From assembly GCA_964405295.1 (NCBI GenBank), contig CAYONI010000003.1, positions 69,159-127,854 on the forward strand: DNA of 58,696 bases. The letters are read 5' to 3'. The stretch is from an uncultured Methanosarcinales archaeon. GTDB taxonomy: Archaea; Nanobdellota; Nanobdellia; Woesearchaeales; CAYZNE01. The notes under the pieces were generated by a model. It saw only the letters and a program-made list of their open reading frames with translations, ran no database searches and was not told the origin of the DNA. A program made the position numbers and the translations under genes. This document shows, one piece after another, positions 1 through 9,848 of this stretch; position 1 is the stretch's first letter, and the number at the start of each line of letters is the position of its first letter.

Positions 1-662
1 CCAAAAGTTTTTGACCAACAGTCTTTCACACCTGCAAACTCAAGAACCTTTGCAATTTCAGACTCAACACACAAACCTTTACCTTTTGGTGCAGGCATTA
101 ACTTTACAATAACTGATCCACATTTCCCTTCTACTTCGAAAGGAACAGTATGCGGTTCTCCACAATTACATTGCCAACTACCACATCCTCTTTTAATCTT
201 GAAGATATTAAGTTTTGCTTGTCTTGTTGATTTTTCTCTTGCAGGAACAGTTTCTTTTGCTTTACCAAATCCTAAACCTACATGCCCATCTTTATCACCA
301 ACAACACACATTGTTGAAAACTTAGGCTTGTTTCCTTCCCTTGTCTTTTTTTGAGTTTGTCTAAAAACTCTTCTTTGGCCACCACCAAACTTACCTTTTG
401 ATTGACCTATAAGTAATAATTCAGAGTTAAGCTCTAATAAAGACTCTACAATTTCTGGTTCAATTATCTTAACACCAGAATTAAGTAAAATATCAATATC
501 AGTAATTTCTTTTGATTTAACTTTTTTTCCTGAATCAGTTTTAGGAACCCAAGAGCTTAATTTTGCTTTTTGTATTTCAACATCTCTTGCTTTTCTATCT
601 GCCATACTCAATCTAGACCCTTTAGGTTTTCCCCGACCTTTTGAAAATTTTGAATTAACCAT
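1..662 (-). CDS. rps5: 30S ribosomal protein uS5 (3'-truncated at window edge)
   Basis: Not in ORF track; translated by hand from ATG at 662: ...WVPKT...RQTQKKTREGNKPKFSTMCVVGDKDGHVGLG...KRGCGSW...PAPKGKGL; follows uL18. Confidence 0.96.
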   Translation of the reverse strand, partial: MVNSKFSKGRGKPKGSRLSMADRKARDVEIQKAKLSSWVPKTDSGKKVKSKEITDIDILLNSGVKIIEPEIVESLLELNSELLLIGQSKGKFGGGQRRVFRQTQKKTREGNKPKFSTMCVVGDKDGHVGLGFGKAKETVPAREKSTRQAKLNIFKIKRGCGSWQCNCGEPHTVPFEVEGKCGSVIVKLMPAPKGKGLCVESEIAKVLEFAGVKDCWSKTF

Positions 663-672
663 TTTATTACCC

Positions 673-1170
673 TTATCCTAAAAGCTTTGTTTTAACATCA
701 GTGATTGCTTTTTGCATATCCTCACTTTTATTCTTTCCTAACAACTTATCTTCACTTGGGAAAATCCCTTCACCTGCCTTAACAGAAAGACCACCATCAA
801 TAACACCCTTAAGTGCAGCATATAATTTATTATCTCCTTTTAACGGAACTTGAAGTCCGAAATCAGCAATACATACTTTATCTTTTTCTGAACTCATGTT
901 TTTTGCAATCAATAATCCAGTTAAGTATGCAGCAGGAATATTTTTAGCTGAAAATTTCCAACCAAGTGCAGCTAATTGTTGTGAACTACATGATTTAACA
1001 ACCACATCACCTTCTGCTTTGTATGAAACTACTTGAATAGTAATATACTTGTTACTCTTTCGAATAACTAATCTATTACTTCCTGATTTTAATAATCCAA
1101 CTCTCTTTCTATAGTTAGTTTTTAATTCTCTCTTTCTCCTATATGGGATGGTTGGAACGCTTTTTCTCAT
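673..1170 (-). CDS. rpl18: 50S ribosomal protein uL18
   Basis: RRKRELKTNYRKR, RLVIRKSN, NIPAAYLTG motifs; operon position. Confidence 0.96.
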   Translation of the reverse strand: MRKSVPTIPYRRKRELKTNYRKRVGLLKSGSNRLVIRKSNKYITIQVVSYKAEGDVVVKSCSSQQLAALGWKFSAKNIPAAYLTGLLIAKNMSSEKDKVCIADFGLQVPLKGDNKLYAALKGVIDGGLSVKAGEGIFPSEDKLLGKNKSEDMQKAITDVKTKLLG

Positions 1171-1196
1171 TATTAGTCACCTTATGAACATAATTA

Positions 1197-1670
1197 TTAT
1201 TTTTTCTCTTTTTTTACTTCTTTTTTTAATGCCAATTTATTGTCATCAACATATATTTTAATGTGTCTCTTGCTTCTGAAAAAACCACCTTTAGCTTTTT
1301 TATATAAATTTCTATAAGTTGCAGCATCTAGATATTTTTTATCATATAATTCTTTTAGGAAAGCTCTTTGAAGTCTTATCTTTACCATCCAAATCTCTTT
1401 GTCTGGTAAACGAGCATTCTTACTTCCCTTTCTTTTACCGGATCCTCTTCTTAAACCTTTAGCTCTTTGACTTGCGTTTTTCTTAGCTCTAACTCTGCTA
1501 ACGCCCTTCTTTTGATTAATAGTAATAAGCCCTCTTTTGATCATACCCCTAACATCATCTTTAGTTAAACCTTCTTTAATTTCATCAAGCACTTCAGTTT
1601 CAAATCTAACTCTTTTCTTAGATCCCTTGAAAATGATTGATGCCAATCTTTTTTGAAGTTTTAATTTCAT
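1197..1670 (-). CDS. rpl19e: 50S ribosomal protein eL19
   Basis: LQKRLA, GSGKRKG, YKKAKGGFF motifs. Confidence 0.96.
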   Translation of the reverse strand: MKLKLQKRLASIIFKGSKKRVRFETEVLDEIKEGLTKDDVRGMIKRGLITINQKKGVSRVRAKKNASQRAKGLRRGSGKRKGSKNARLPDKEIWMVKIRLQRAFLKELYDKKYLDAATYRNLYKKAKGGFFRSKRHIKIYVDDNKLALKKEVKKEKK

Positions 1671-1684
1671 AATTATTCACCTAA

Positions 1685-2311
1685 CTAAACTCGTTTCTGT
1701 AGTATCTCCTTATTAGCCTTATCTGCTTGAACAGCCTTTTCAGTCTGAACATTATCATGAGTAACAGGTTTGTCTGCAGCTTCTTTTTCAGCCTTTTCTT
1801 TGTCTTCTTTAACTTTCTTTTCGTCTGCAGTCTTCTTTTGTTTTTTGTTTTTAGCTTTCTTTCTTTCAGTAAGTTTTGCTTTAGCTTTCTTCTTATTTTC
1901 AAGAAGTTTACTTATGCTTGCCTTAACTTTTGCAATATCTTGAATAACAGCAAGATTTTTTTCTTCAGCAACTTTTATAATCTCAAGTTTTTTCTTTGCT
2001 CCAACAGTTGAAGAAATCAAAACAATCTGAGTTTTAACGTCAATCTTTTCAAGATCTTTTTTATTTGTAATGATAACAGGATAAAGCCCTGTCTTTTTAT
2101 CTAGATGTTTAGCTTCAACTGGAGAACCATAACCTGAGCTAATTACTCTTTCATAACCTTTTTTATTTAGCCGCATCTTATTTTGTAATCCTTTTGGTCT
2201 TCTCCAAACTTTTGCAAGTCTCTTTTTAGTTTTTACATTCCTTTGTAAAAACTTTGGCTTTCTCGCTTTAATTTTATTTCTCAGTTCTAACAATTCTTTT
2301 TTATCTGCCAT
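1685..2311 (-). CDS. rpl32e: 50S ribosomal protein eL32 with K/E-rich C-terminal extension
   Basis: KPKFLQR, WRRPKGLQNKMR, GYGSP motifs. Confidence 0.95.
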   Translation of the reverse strand: MADKKELLELRNKIKARKPKFLQRNVKTKKRLAKVWRRPKGLQNKMRLNKKGYERVISSGYGSPVEAKHLDKKTGLYPVIITNKKDLEKIDVKTQIVLISSTVGAKKKLEIIKVAEEKNLAVIQDIAKVKASISKLLENKKKAKAKLTERKKAKNKKQKKTADEKKVKEDKEKAEKEAADKPVTHDNVQTEKAVQADKANKEILQKRV

Positions 2312-2322
2312 TTTTTATAATA

Positions 2323-2868
2323 TTATATTGCTTTACCATCTTTGTTGATGATATAAATTCCATCTTGGAAAATTCTTTTATCAAACCCAGGCCTTTTTGT
2401 TAAAGATTCAATACTCGCCGCAGTTTGAGCTGTTTTTTCTTTATCTATTCCTTCAACAACGATATCTGTACCATTAACTTTAACACTAACACTATCTAAA
2501 TTTAATTTTAATTTTCTTGGCTTAGCTTCACCAATAAAATTCTTTAATTCAAAAGTATCTCCTTTAATTGCTGCAGTCATTGGAAAATGACCTGAACAAA
2601 CTTTTAATTTGTAAACGTGACCCTTGACTACACCTTTAAACATATTGTTTATATGTGCTACAAAAGTTAAAACTATTTTCTTATACGGTTTAGTACCCTT
2701 TTCACCGAAAAGAACAATTTTATCTTTTTGAATATCATGCTTAAGAAGCTTATTCTTGATATCTCTTTCTACAGTTCCTTTAGCACCAGTAACCTTAATG
2801 ATTCTATTATTTACTTCAATAGTACATCCTTCTGGTATTTCAATTTCCCTTACAAAATATCTTTCCAT
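2323..2868 (-). CDS. rpl6: 50S ribosomal protein uL6
   Basis: HFPM, NFIGE, DKRIFQDGIYI; start moved to MERYF ATG at 2868. Confidence 0.95.
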   Translation of the reverse strand: MERYFVREIEIPEGCTIEVNNRIIKVTGAKGTVERDIKNKLLKHDIQKDKIVLFGEKGTKPYKKIVLTFVAHINNMFKGVVKGHVYKLKVCSGHFPMTAAIKGDTFELKNFIGEAKPRKLKLNLDSVSVKVNGTDIVVEGIDKEKTAQTAASIESLTKRPGFDKRIFQDGIYIINKDGKAI

Positions 2869-2875
2869 TTTAATT

Positions 2876-3268
2876 CTAGTAACAATAACAAATAAGTTTT
2901 CCACCTATTCCTTTTTCTTTAGCTTCTATATTAGTCATAATTCCTTGAGGTGTTGAAACAATAAGTATACCAAACCCTCTTGCAGGAAGGAATCTTTTTT
3001 CGTATTTCTCGAAATCAATTTTCTTAACTGCGAATCTTGGTTTAATAACTCCGATCTTATTGATTTTTCCAAACAAATGTATGTTAATAATTTTTCCTTT
3101 ATTATCATCTACTTCTTCAAAAGATTCAATATATCCTTCTTTCTTAAGTATGCCAAGTATTATCCTAATAACTTTTGAATTATTAGCAGTAGAAAGTTGT
3201 TTTCTACCTAAATTTTCATAATTCTTTATGAACGACAATACGTTTGCTAATGCATCATTTAAACTCAT
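2876..3268 (-). CDS. rps8: 30S ribosomal protein uS8
   Basis: IKPRF, FLPARGFGILIVSTPQG, GG.L..YCY. Confidence 0.96.
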   Translation of the reverse strand: MSLNDALANVLSFIKNYENLGRKQLSTANNSKVIRIILGILKKEGYIESFEEVDDNKGKIINIHLFGKINKIGVIKPRFAVKKIDFEKYEKRFLPARGFGILIVSTPQGIMTNIEAKEKGIGGKLICYCY

Positions 3269-3287
3269 TTTTTTTCACCGATAAATA

Positions 3288-3518
3288 TCATCTATATTTT
3301 TTAAATCCTAATTTTATTGCATTCAATCTAAAACACTGTCTACATAAATTTAAACCATACTTACTTATGTGTGCGTGAGTTCTTCCACAAAGAACACACT
3401 TATGAACAGATTCACCAAATTTTCTCTTTCTTGGCAAATTATGTTTAGCATATTTTTTTTCTTTACCAGGTTTGTTCTCAAGCTGTTTAAGCATTTTTTC
3501 TGGATTTGAATGTGTCAT
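3288..3518 (-). CDS. rps14: 30S ribosomal protein uS14 (Zn type)
   Basis: CVLCG...YGLNLCRQCFR...GFKKY. Confidence 0.96.
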   Translation of the reverse strand: MTHSNPEKMLKQLENKPGKEKKYAKHNLPRKRKFGESVHKCVLCGRTHAHISKYGLNLCRQCFRLNAIKLGFKKYR

Positions 3519-3528
3519 ATTAATTCAC

Positions 3529-4062
3529 CTAATCTTCTTCAATGTCTATTTCTTCCTGAATTTTAATATTGTAATTTTCTTTCATAAAAGCAATAGCTTC
3601 ATCTCTTTTTATTTTATGATGTTCTCCTAACTTTGATTTATTTAATTTTCTCTTAGCAATTCTAAAACCCGGTCTAGCAAGTGTTATTGATGCTTGCAAA
3701 CCAATAATCCCTATTTTTGGATCATATCTTGTATCAGGAATGTCAATATGTTCTTTAATTCCAAACGAAATATTACCATGATCATCAAAACATTTTGTTC
3801 TTAATACATTATCTCTTGCAGTAAGCAATCTTTTTAATAATTTAGGAACATCTTCTTTTCTAAAAGTTAATTTACAACCAATTGGCAAACCAGGTCTTAA
3901 ACCCCATGCAGCAATTCTCTTAGTTGTAATAGTTTTAACAGGATTCTTTCCAGTAATATGCTTAAGTACTTCAATAGCCTTATTCAGATTAGCCTGTTCT
4001 TTTCCTGCACCAATATTAACAGTTAACTTCGCTATCTTAATTTTTCTCATTACGTTTATCAT
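3529..4062 (-). CDS. rpl5: 50S ribosomal protein uL5
   Basis: KLTVNIG, PIGCK, FDDHGNISFGIKEHID, YDPKIGIIG. Confidence 0.96.
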   Translation of the reverse strand: MINVMRKIKIAKLTVNIGAGKEQANLNKAIEVLKHITGKNPVKTITTKRIAAWGLRPGLPIGCKLTFRKEDVPKLLKRLLTARDNVLRTKCFDDHGNISFGIKEHIDIPDTRYDPKIGIIGLQASITLARPGFRIAKRKLNKSKLGEHHKIKRDEAIAFMKENYNIKIQEEIDIEED

Positions 4063-4063
4063 T

Positions 4064-4756
4064 TTATTTTAATAATTTTTCAATTTCATCAACTATAACA
4101 AAGGCAAAATCTTTTTTTGTTTCTAGTTCTTTCTTACCATCAAGAACAACAATTTTAGTTCCTACAATTTCTTTAACATTAGCAATTACTCCAACATGAG
4201 AACCTTTTGTAAGATAAACTCTTGCTCCTTTGTCAAGTTTTTTGTGATCAACAATTTTTTGTTCAGGTAACTTTATCATTAAACTATCTCCTGTTTTGAA
4301 TTTTAAAGATTCTTTGTCTTCAACAATTAAATTTCTTCCACAGTAAGTTTCAATTTGAACTTTACTTCCTTTAATCTTTCTTTTGTTAACAATTTTGACT
4401 AATTTTTTATCTGATTTAGGATCATTTAGTTTTTTAAAAACTAATTTTCCCCAACTATTAATAACAATTGTATATGCTTCATTAATTTCTGGAAAAGTAA
4501 CAATATCAAATAGTCCAACAGGGAATGCAGGATCAGTCTTTTTTCTTGAATCAACATTAACAATATGATTGTGCAGTATATAACTTACCTCTCTCATTGT
4601 TTTAGCTTTTCCAATATCAAATATTACCTTTTTTAGAGGAATACTCATATCCATAGCATGTCCGCCAGGTTTTGGTCTAATAATAAAAGTAGTACTCTTT
4701 CTTTTAATTTTCCAAGTTTTTGGTGCAACTAATTTTTTTAAGTGTGATTTAGTCAT
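4064..4756 (-). CDS. rps4e: 30S ribosomal protein eS4
   Basis: HLK.L.AP.TW.I.RK, PKPGGH, FPVGLFD. Confidence 0.95.
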   Translation of the reverse strand: MTKSHLKKLVAPKTWKIKRKSTTFIIRPKPGGHAMDMSIPLKKVIFDIGKAKTMREVSYILHNHIVNVDSRKKTDPAFPVGLFDIVTFPEINEAYTIVINSWGKLVFKKLNDPKSDKKLVKIVNKRKIKGSKVQIETYCGRNLIVEDKESLKFKTGDSLMIKLPEQKIVDHKKLDKGARVYLTKGSHVGVIANVKEIVGTKIVVLDGKKELETKKDFAFVIVDEIEKLLK

Positions 4757-4763
4757 TTTAACC

Positions 4764-5189
4764 TTAAGCTTTTTTAGCTTCCTCCTTTTTAACGGAAACT
4801 TTTGGTTTCTTTTTTGATTCTAATTTTGCTCTTCTTTTTTTATCATTAAGATTTAAATCAACGATTAATAAATTTGAAGCTTTAAATGGAACCTTTGCAG
4901 TGTTACCATCTGTTCTTGTAATTTGAATCTTAGTTAAGTAAACTTTTTGTTTCTTAATATTAATTTCAAGCACAGTATCTCCTTTACCTTTATGTTGGCC
5001 ACGCATAATTTTTATTTTGTCTCCAACTCTTAATCTTATTGACCTAAAACCATATTTAGTTCTCAAATCTTTTGATAAATGTGAAGATATTAACTTACCT
5101 TTAATGTGTAAAGGAGCATTCGCTATAAATTTCCTTTGCTTTCTAGGTTGTTTACTTTTATTCCATAGTTTTGAAAACATTGATCTCAT
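4764..5189 (-). CDS. rpl24: 50S ribosomal protein uL24
   Basis: SKQPRKQRK..NAPLH, GDKIKIMRG KOW motif. Confidence 0.96.
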   Translation of the reverse strand: MRSMFSKLWNKSKQPRKQRKFIANAPLHIKGKLISSHLSKDLRTKYGFRSIRLRVGDKIKIMRGQHKGKGDTVLEINIKKQKVYLTKIQITRTDGNTAKVPFKASNLLIVDLNLNDKKRRAKLESKKKPKVSVKKEEAKKA

Positions 5190-5203
5190 AATTATTCACC
5201 TAA

Positions 5204-5605
5204 TTAAACAATAATAGTTGAAACTTTTGCAATTCCTGGCCATTTTGTACAAGCCTCTTTTGCAATAGGACCCTTAAAGATTGTACCTTTAGGATTTCCC
5301 TTATCATCTTTTGTCACAACTGCTGCATTATCTTCGAATTTTATTCTCATACCATTCGGTCTTCGATATTCTTTCTTTTGTCTTACAATTACTGCAAAAA
5401 CAACCTTCTTTCTCATATCAGGTTTTCCTTTTTTAACACTTGCAGTTACCATCATACCAACACCTGCGCAAGGAGATCTTCCTTTAACAGTTTTAGCTCT
5501 TTTAACTGAAGTAATTCTTAGCAACTTAGCACCAGAGTTGTCACAAGTAGGAACTTGCGAACCTGTGTTCAATCCTTTTGTTACTTTTGATGCTATTGCC
5601 TTCAT
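5204..5605 (-). CDS. rpl14: 50S ribosomal protein uL14
   Basis: DNSGAK, RQKKEYRR, FEDNAAV, GPIAKE; start set at MKAIA (5605). Confidence 0.96.
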   Translation of the reverse strand: MKAIASKVTKGLNTGSQVPTCDNSGAKLLRITSVKRAKTVKGRSPCAGVGMMVTASVKKGKPDMRKKVVFAVIVRQKKEYRRPNGMRIKFEDNAAVVTKDDKGNPKGTIFKGPIAKEACTKWPGIAKVSTIIV

Positions 5606-5606
5606 T

Positions 5607-5945
5607 TTATTTCTCCTTATGCCCAATAATTTCGATTACAACAAAATTTTTAGTTTTTGATATTGGTCTAGTTTCCATTACCCTAACAATATCTCCTGTT
5701 TTTGCATCAATACATTCTGGATTATGTACTTTTATCTTTGAATACCTTTTTGAAAATCGTTCATATTTAGGAACACTTATTCTTCTTTCCCATGAAACAG
5801 TAATTGATTTGTGCATCTTGTCACTGATAACTGTTCCAGTAAATATTTTACCGTGCAAGCTAATAGTTCCGTGATAAGGACAGTTTGGATCATTACACGT
5901 TTTTGTTGGTTTATTTTTAACATCAACACCGATATTCTTTTTCAT
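5607..5945 (-). CDS. rps17: 30S ribosomal protein uS17
   Basis: CNDPNCPYHG, KYER, ETRPISKTK. Confidence 0.96.
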   Translation of the reverse strand: MKKNIGVDVKNKPTKTCNDPNCPYHGTISLHGKIFTGTVISDKMHKSITVSWERRISVPKYERFSKRYSKIKVHNPECIDAKTGDIVRVMETRPISKTKNFVVIEIIGHKEK

Positions 5946-5958
5946 CTTATTTACCTAT

Positions 5959-6201
5959 TTATATTTTTCTGATGAGTTTCACCCGATCTTCAGGGCGCTT
6001 TATTATTTTGCTTCCATTAATTATCTTATCTTTAATCTTGAATGATGTTCCGTTTTTCAGGATCTTTGTTACTTTTTTGTTGTGTTCCTCTATGATTATT
6101 AAGTTTTTTGTTTCATCAATTATCTTTCCTTTTTTCCCAATTAATGTTTTATTCTGGCTATTAATTATTTCAACATTCAAACCAATGAATTCTTCATACA
6201 T
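5959..6201 (-). CDS. rnp1: Ribonuclease P protein component 1 (Rpp29/Pop4)
   Basis: EFIGL, GKIIDETKN, RPEDR; canonical position upstream of uS17. Confidence 0.93.
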   Translation of the reverse strand: MYEEFIGLNVEIINSQNKTLIGKKGKIIDETKNLIIIEEHNKKVTKILKNGTSFKIKDKIINGSKIIKRPEDRVKLIRKI

Positions 6202-6214
6202 TTTTTATTTGAGC

Positions 6215-6532
6215 TTACCTTGTTTTTCCGAAAACAACTGACCCAGCGTTAAATCCCAACTCAACAAGTACTAATTTGACTTGTTTCATATGGTCTCCTT
6301 GAAGGTCAATAACTTCCTTTTTAACTGTTCCGCCACATGCAAACTTACCTTTTAATTTTTTTGTTAAATCCTTCAGGTTAACATCAGTGTTGCTAATTCC
6401 TTGAATTAAAGTATGTTTCTTACCAAACTTTCGCTTGACAAGGCTAACAGTTATTATCTGACTTTCTTTTGCAATTGACTCACAAACACAAAGTTCCTTT
6501 GGTAGGCCGCAAACAGGGCATATTTCTCCCAT
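6215..6532 (-). CDS. sui1: Translation initiation factor aIF1 (SUI1/YciH)
   Basis: CPVCGLPKELCVC, ACGGTVK, IDLQGDH. Confidence 0.95.
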   Translation of the reverse strand: MGEICPVCGLPKELCVCESIAKESQIITVSLVKRKFGKKHTLIQGISNTDVNLKDLTKKLKGKFACGGTVKKEVIDLQGDHMKQVKLVLVELGFNAGSVVFGKTR

Positions 6533-6536
6533 TTTT

Positions 6537-6752
6537 TTATTTGTTTTTAGTTATACTTCGTTTATCATTTTTTTGATTAATCGAAGTTAATATACGAGCA
6601 ACATCTTTTTTTATATCTCTAATTTCTTTTGATTTCTTAATTGAAGTACCAGTTGAAACTTGAAGGTTTAATTTTACTAATTGTAGCTTAAAATCAGCAA
6701 GCTTCTTTGTCTTGTCTTCTTCTGACATATTTTTAATTTCTTGGTATTTCAT
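6537..6752 (-). CDS. rpl29: 50S ribosomal protein uL29
   Basis: IRDIKKDVARILT; position after uS3. Confidence 0.93.
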   Translation of the reverse strand: MKYQEIKNMSEEDKTKKLADFKLQLVKLNLQVSTGTSIKKSKEIRDIKKDVARILTSINQKNDKRSITKNK

Positions 6753-6767
6753 TTTATAACCTAATTA

Positions 6768-7607
6768 TTACTTCTTTGCCGTTGTTTTCTTATCTTCTAC
6801 TTTTTTAACTGCTTTATTCAACTTTGTTGAATTATCAGAAGATTTATCTTCTGCTTTTTTCTTTGGAGTTTCTTTTTTCTTAATAGTTTTTTTATCCTTA
6901 ACTTTCTTAACTTCAGCAGTCCCTTTAAGGTTTTTCATTAATTCTTTTTGAGCTTCACTTAACTCTTTTTTCTCTTTAATATCCTTAACTTCTTCAATAA
7001 CTTCAACAATATTTTCAAGGACTGTTATCCTATCTGGTAATTTGACATTTCCTGGAAGTATACTTACTTGAACTCCAACAACACCAGACTTAAGTTTTGC
7101 AGTCCCCTGAGCTTTTAATACTCCTGAAACTGAAATGTCACCACACTTTTTTAAGTAACCTTGATAAAATCTCCAACTCTTTGCTCTTGAACTAGGAACT
7201 TTACCTCTCATTAATATTTCAACACCTAAAGCACCTGCATTCATAATTTCACCGAGAACTTTATGTCCAATACCTTTGAATCTTTTTGTTCCAAATCTTT
7301 CAAGTGAATTAACAATTTGCTCTGCGACTACAGATGCATCTCCATAAGGGTTTTTTATTTCATCTAACTCTATTTGAGGATTATTAAGTTTAAATTGTGT
7401 TTTAATCTCTTTTGTAAGCATTGTTATTGTTGCACCACCACGTCCAACTACAAGACCAGGTTTTAAAGTACTAATAACAATCTTATCACCAAGCGGAGTT
7501 CTCTTTAATCGAATATCACTAAGCCCTGCTCTATTTAATTTTGAAGCAATAAATCTTCTAATTTCAAATTCTTTTAAATTTTGAGCAATAAACTTTCTTT
7601 CGATCAT
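6768..7607 (-). CDS. rps3: 30S ribosomal protein uS3 with K-rich tail
   Basis: PGLVVGRGG KH motif, GALGVEI, GVVGVQV. Confidence 0.96.
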   Translation of the reverse strand: MIERKFIAQNLKEFEIRRFIASKLNRAGLSDIRLKRTPLGDKIVISTLKPGLVVGRGGATITMLTKEIKTQFKLNNPQIELDEIKNPYGDASVVAEQIVNSLERFGTKRFKGIGHKVLGEIMNAGALGVEILMRGKVPSSRAKSWRFYQGYLKKCGDISVSGVLKAQGTAKLKSGVVGVQVSILPGNVKLPDRITVLENIVEVIEEVKDIKEKKELSEAQKELMKNLKGTAEVKKVKDKKTIKKKETPKKKAEDKSSDNSTKLNKAVKKVEDKKTTAKK

Positions 7608-8254
7608 CTTTTATCCTCTTGCTTGATTTCTTTTTTAACATTGATTGATTCTGATTTAGGAATTTTCTTTTCTTCTATAACCTTTACAGGAGCTTTTACT
7701 TCAACAGGCTTTTCAACTGGTTTTTTTTCTTCTACTTTTTTAGTTGCTTCTGTTTTAACAACCTTTGACTTTTCAGCAACTTTTTGTTTTTTAGGAGTTA
7801 CTTTCTTTTTAGTAGATTCTACTTCTTCAATAATTATTTCGATGTGAGTTCTCTTCATTTCTCTTCTTGGATGTCGACCATAATGCATTGGAACTGAAGC
7901 TCTATTAGCCACAAAGTTAACAATCTTTAAATCTTCACCAAGTCCTTTCATAGAAGCATTTGCTTCAGCACCTTTAATTAGTAAAATTAAAGCTTTTGAA
8001 AGTTTTTGAGGATATCTTCCTGAAGTAATCCCATTTCCTTTTCTATGACCTAATCCGTTAGTATATCTTGTGAAGGGAATAGCAAGTGTTTTTTTTAAAA
8101 CTTTTTCTAAATATGCAATAGCAACTTTTGTAGTTTTTCCTTTAAGGAATTTAACAGCCTCGATTGAAGACTTAGTTGAAACTGAAGCATCTTTTGCAAT
8201 AGCTTTTGCTTGATTCTCTTTCAAATTTTTAACTGAATATTTTTGTTTAGCCAT
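7604..8254 (-). CDS. rpl22: 50S ribosomal protein uL22 with K/E/V-rich tail
   Basis: IPFTRY, GRYPQK, THIEIIIEE. Confidence 0.95.
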   Translation of the reverse strand: MAKQKYSVKNLKENQAKAIAKDASVSTKSSIEAVKFLKGKTTKVAIAYLEKVLKKTLAIPFTRYTNGLGHRKGNGITSGRYPQKLSKALILLIKGAEANASMKGLGEDLKIVNFVANRASVPMHYGRHPRREMKRTHIEIIIEEVESTKKKVTPKKQKVAEKSKVVKTEATKKVEEKKPVEKPVEVKAPVKVIEEKKIPKSESINVKKEIKQEDKR

Positions 8255-8261
8255 CTTTTAC

Positions 8262-8633
8262 TTATTTCCTCACTGGCTTGCCTTTTTTACTAACACCAGG
8301 ACTAGTATGTCCTGCTCTTTTTCTTGTTGATGAAAATTCTCCAAGAAGATGACCAATCATTTCTTGAGTAATAATAATATCAACAAAATCCTTACCGTTG
8401 TAAACTTTGATTGTTTTACCAACCATATGAGGCAATATAGGAACATCTCTGAAGTGAGTTTTTACAACACTCTTAGTTTCTGTTTTCTTTAAAAACTTCT
8501 GTTTAGCTTCAGTAAATCCCCTTTTAATACTTCTTCTTACTCTTGAATTAAAAAGGACTGATAATTCATTAATAGACATTTCTTTTAATTCTTCGAAAGT
8601 CTTTCCTTTGAATTTGAATATTTTTCTTGCCAT
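8262..8633 (-). CDS. rps19: 30S ribosomal protein uS19
   Basis: KTHFRD..ILP.MVG, YNGK, MIGHLLGEF. Confidence 0.96.
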   Translation of the reverse strand: MARKIFKFKGKTFEELKEMSINELSVLFNSRVRRSIKRGFTEAKQKFLKKTETKSVVKTHFRDVPILPHMVGKTIKVYNGKDFVDIIITQEMIGHLLGEFSSTRKRAGHTSPGVSKKGKPVRK

Positions 8634-8644
8634 TCTTTGTACCT

Positions 8645-9352
8645 TTATTTATTTCTTCCAGTATGTCTTGGTCTAAGCATACCAACTTTTCTTCCTGGAG
8701 GAGCATTCTTTGGAGCAGGTTTAGCCTTAGCTTTTCTGCTTGATCTCTTATTACCGAATGGATGATCAACAGCATTCATTGCACCACCAGATACTTTTGG
8801 CCATAATTTATTCTTTGCCTTCATAGCATAGAACTTTCTTCCTGCTTTAAAGAAAGGTTTTTCTTTTCTTCCTGAACCTGCAACAGTACCAATACTGGCT
8901 CTACAGTTAGGGTGAAATGACTTCTTTTTCTTTGAAGGTAATTGAACAATAATTGCTTTTTCTGTTTTGGTAACTATTTTTGCACCAGCACCACCTGCTC
9001 TTACAAACTTTCCACCATCACCGGGGACAGATTCAATATTGTAAATAGGTGTTCCTTCTGGAATAAGATTTAAAGGAATTGTATTCCCAATCTTTAGTTC
9101 TGATTCTGAACCAATACTTAATTCTTGATTAACTGCGATTCCTTCAGGTGCAATAATTAAACCATATGAATTTAATTCAGGGTAATGCATTACTGCTAAT
9201 GGTGCTGAATGACCTGGGCAACTAATTATATCAACAACCTTTCCTGTAGTTTCTTTATTCAAAACTTTAGCAGGACCTTTATGCCTAAAAGAGTGAGCTC
9301 TATACCTAGGCCCGCCTTTTCCTCTTGCTTGTTGAATTATTCTCTTACCCAT
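8645..9352 (-). CDS. rpl2: 50S ribosomal protein uL2
   Basis: MGKRIIQQARG, AMNAVDHPFG, PPGRKVG. Confidence 0.97.
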   Translation of the reverse strand: MGKRIIQQARGKGGPRYRAHSFRHKGPAKVLNKETTGKVVDIISCPGHSAPLAVMHYPELNSYGLIIAPEGIAVNQELSIGSESELKIGNTIPLNLIPEGTPIYNIESVPGDGGKFVRAGGAGAKIVTKTEKAIIVQLPSKKKKSFHPNCRASIGTVAGSGRKEKPFFKAGRKFYAMKAKNKLWPKVSGGAMNAVDHPFGNKRSSRKAKAKPAPKNAPPGRKVGMLRPRHTGRNK

Positions 9353-9362
9353 TTTTATTCTA

Positions 9363-9611
9363 TTATAATAATCCTAATTTAGTTGCAATATCAATTGCAG
9401 GAGTTTCTGCAGTAAATCTTACAAATACTTTTTTGTTTCCTTTTCGATCAATTAAAGTTCTTATTTGATCTACTTTGGCATTGAACATTGATTCTAATTC
9501 TGCTTTTATCTCAGGTTTTCTTGCCTTCCTATCAACTATAAAAACTAATTTGTTCTCTTGATTAAGCAACCTTATTGCCTTTTCTGTTGATTGTGGATGT
9601 TTTATAATCAT
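9363..9611 (-). CDS. rpl23: 50S ribosomal protein uL23
   Basis: TEKA, NKLVFIVD, A.DIA.KLG. Confidence 0.95.
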   Translation of the reverse strand: MIIKHPQSTEKAIRLLNQENKLVFIVDRKARKPEIKAELESMFNAKVDQIRTLIDRKGNKKVFVRFTAETPAIDIATKLGLL

Positions 9612-9620
9612 TTTCTAACC

Positions 9621-9848
9621 TTATTGAATTTGTTCATTTTTTGAATTTAAAATTGCATTATAAGCCACATTTAATTCATTTGCTTCACCAGGAAATAAAT
9701 CTGAACGAGCTTCTCCTTGATCTCTACAATATTTTCTAGATACCAGATTAATGTCTTCTTGGATACCTGTAAGAACCACAGGTTTAACTTTAGTTTCTAA
9801 TTTATCTGCTAAAATAACATATGCTTCACTGTGTTTTTCGTTACTCAT
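9621..9848 (-). CDS. Hypothetical 75-aa protein between uL4 and uL23 (possibly degenerate J-domain-like)
   Basis: Fills the uL4-uL23 gap; ATGA overlap with the rpl4 stop; no ribosomal protein recognised. Confidence 0.7.
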   Translation of the reverse strand: MSNEKHSEAYVILADKLETKVKPVVLTGIQEDINLVSRKYCRDQGEARSDLFPGEANELNVAYNAILNSKNEQIQ

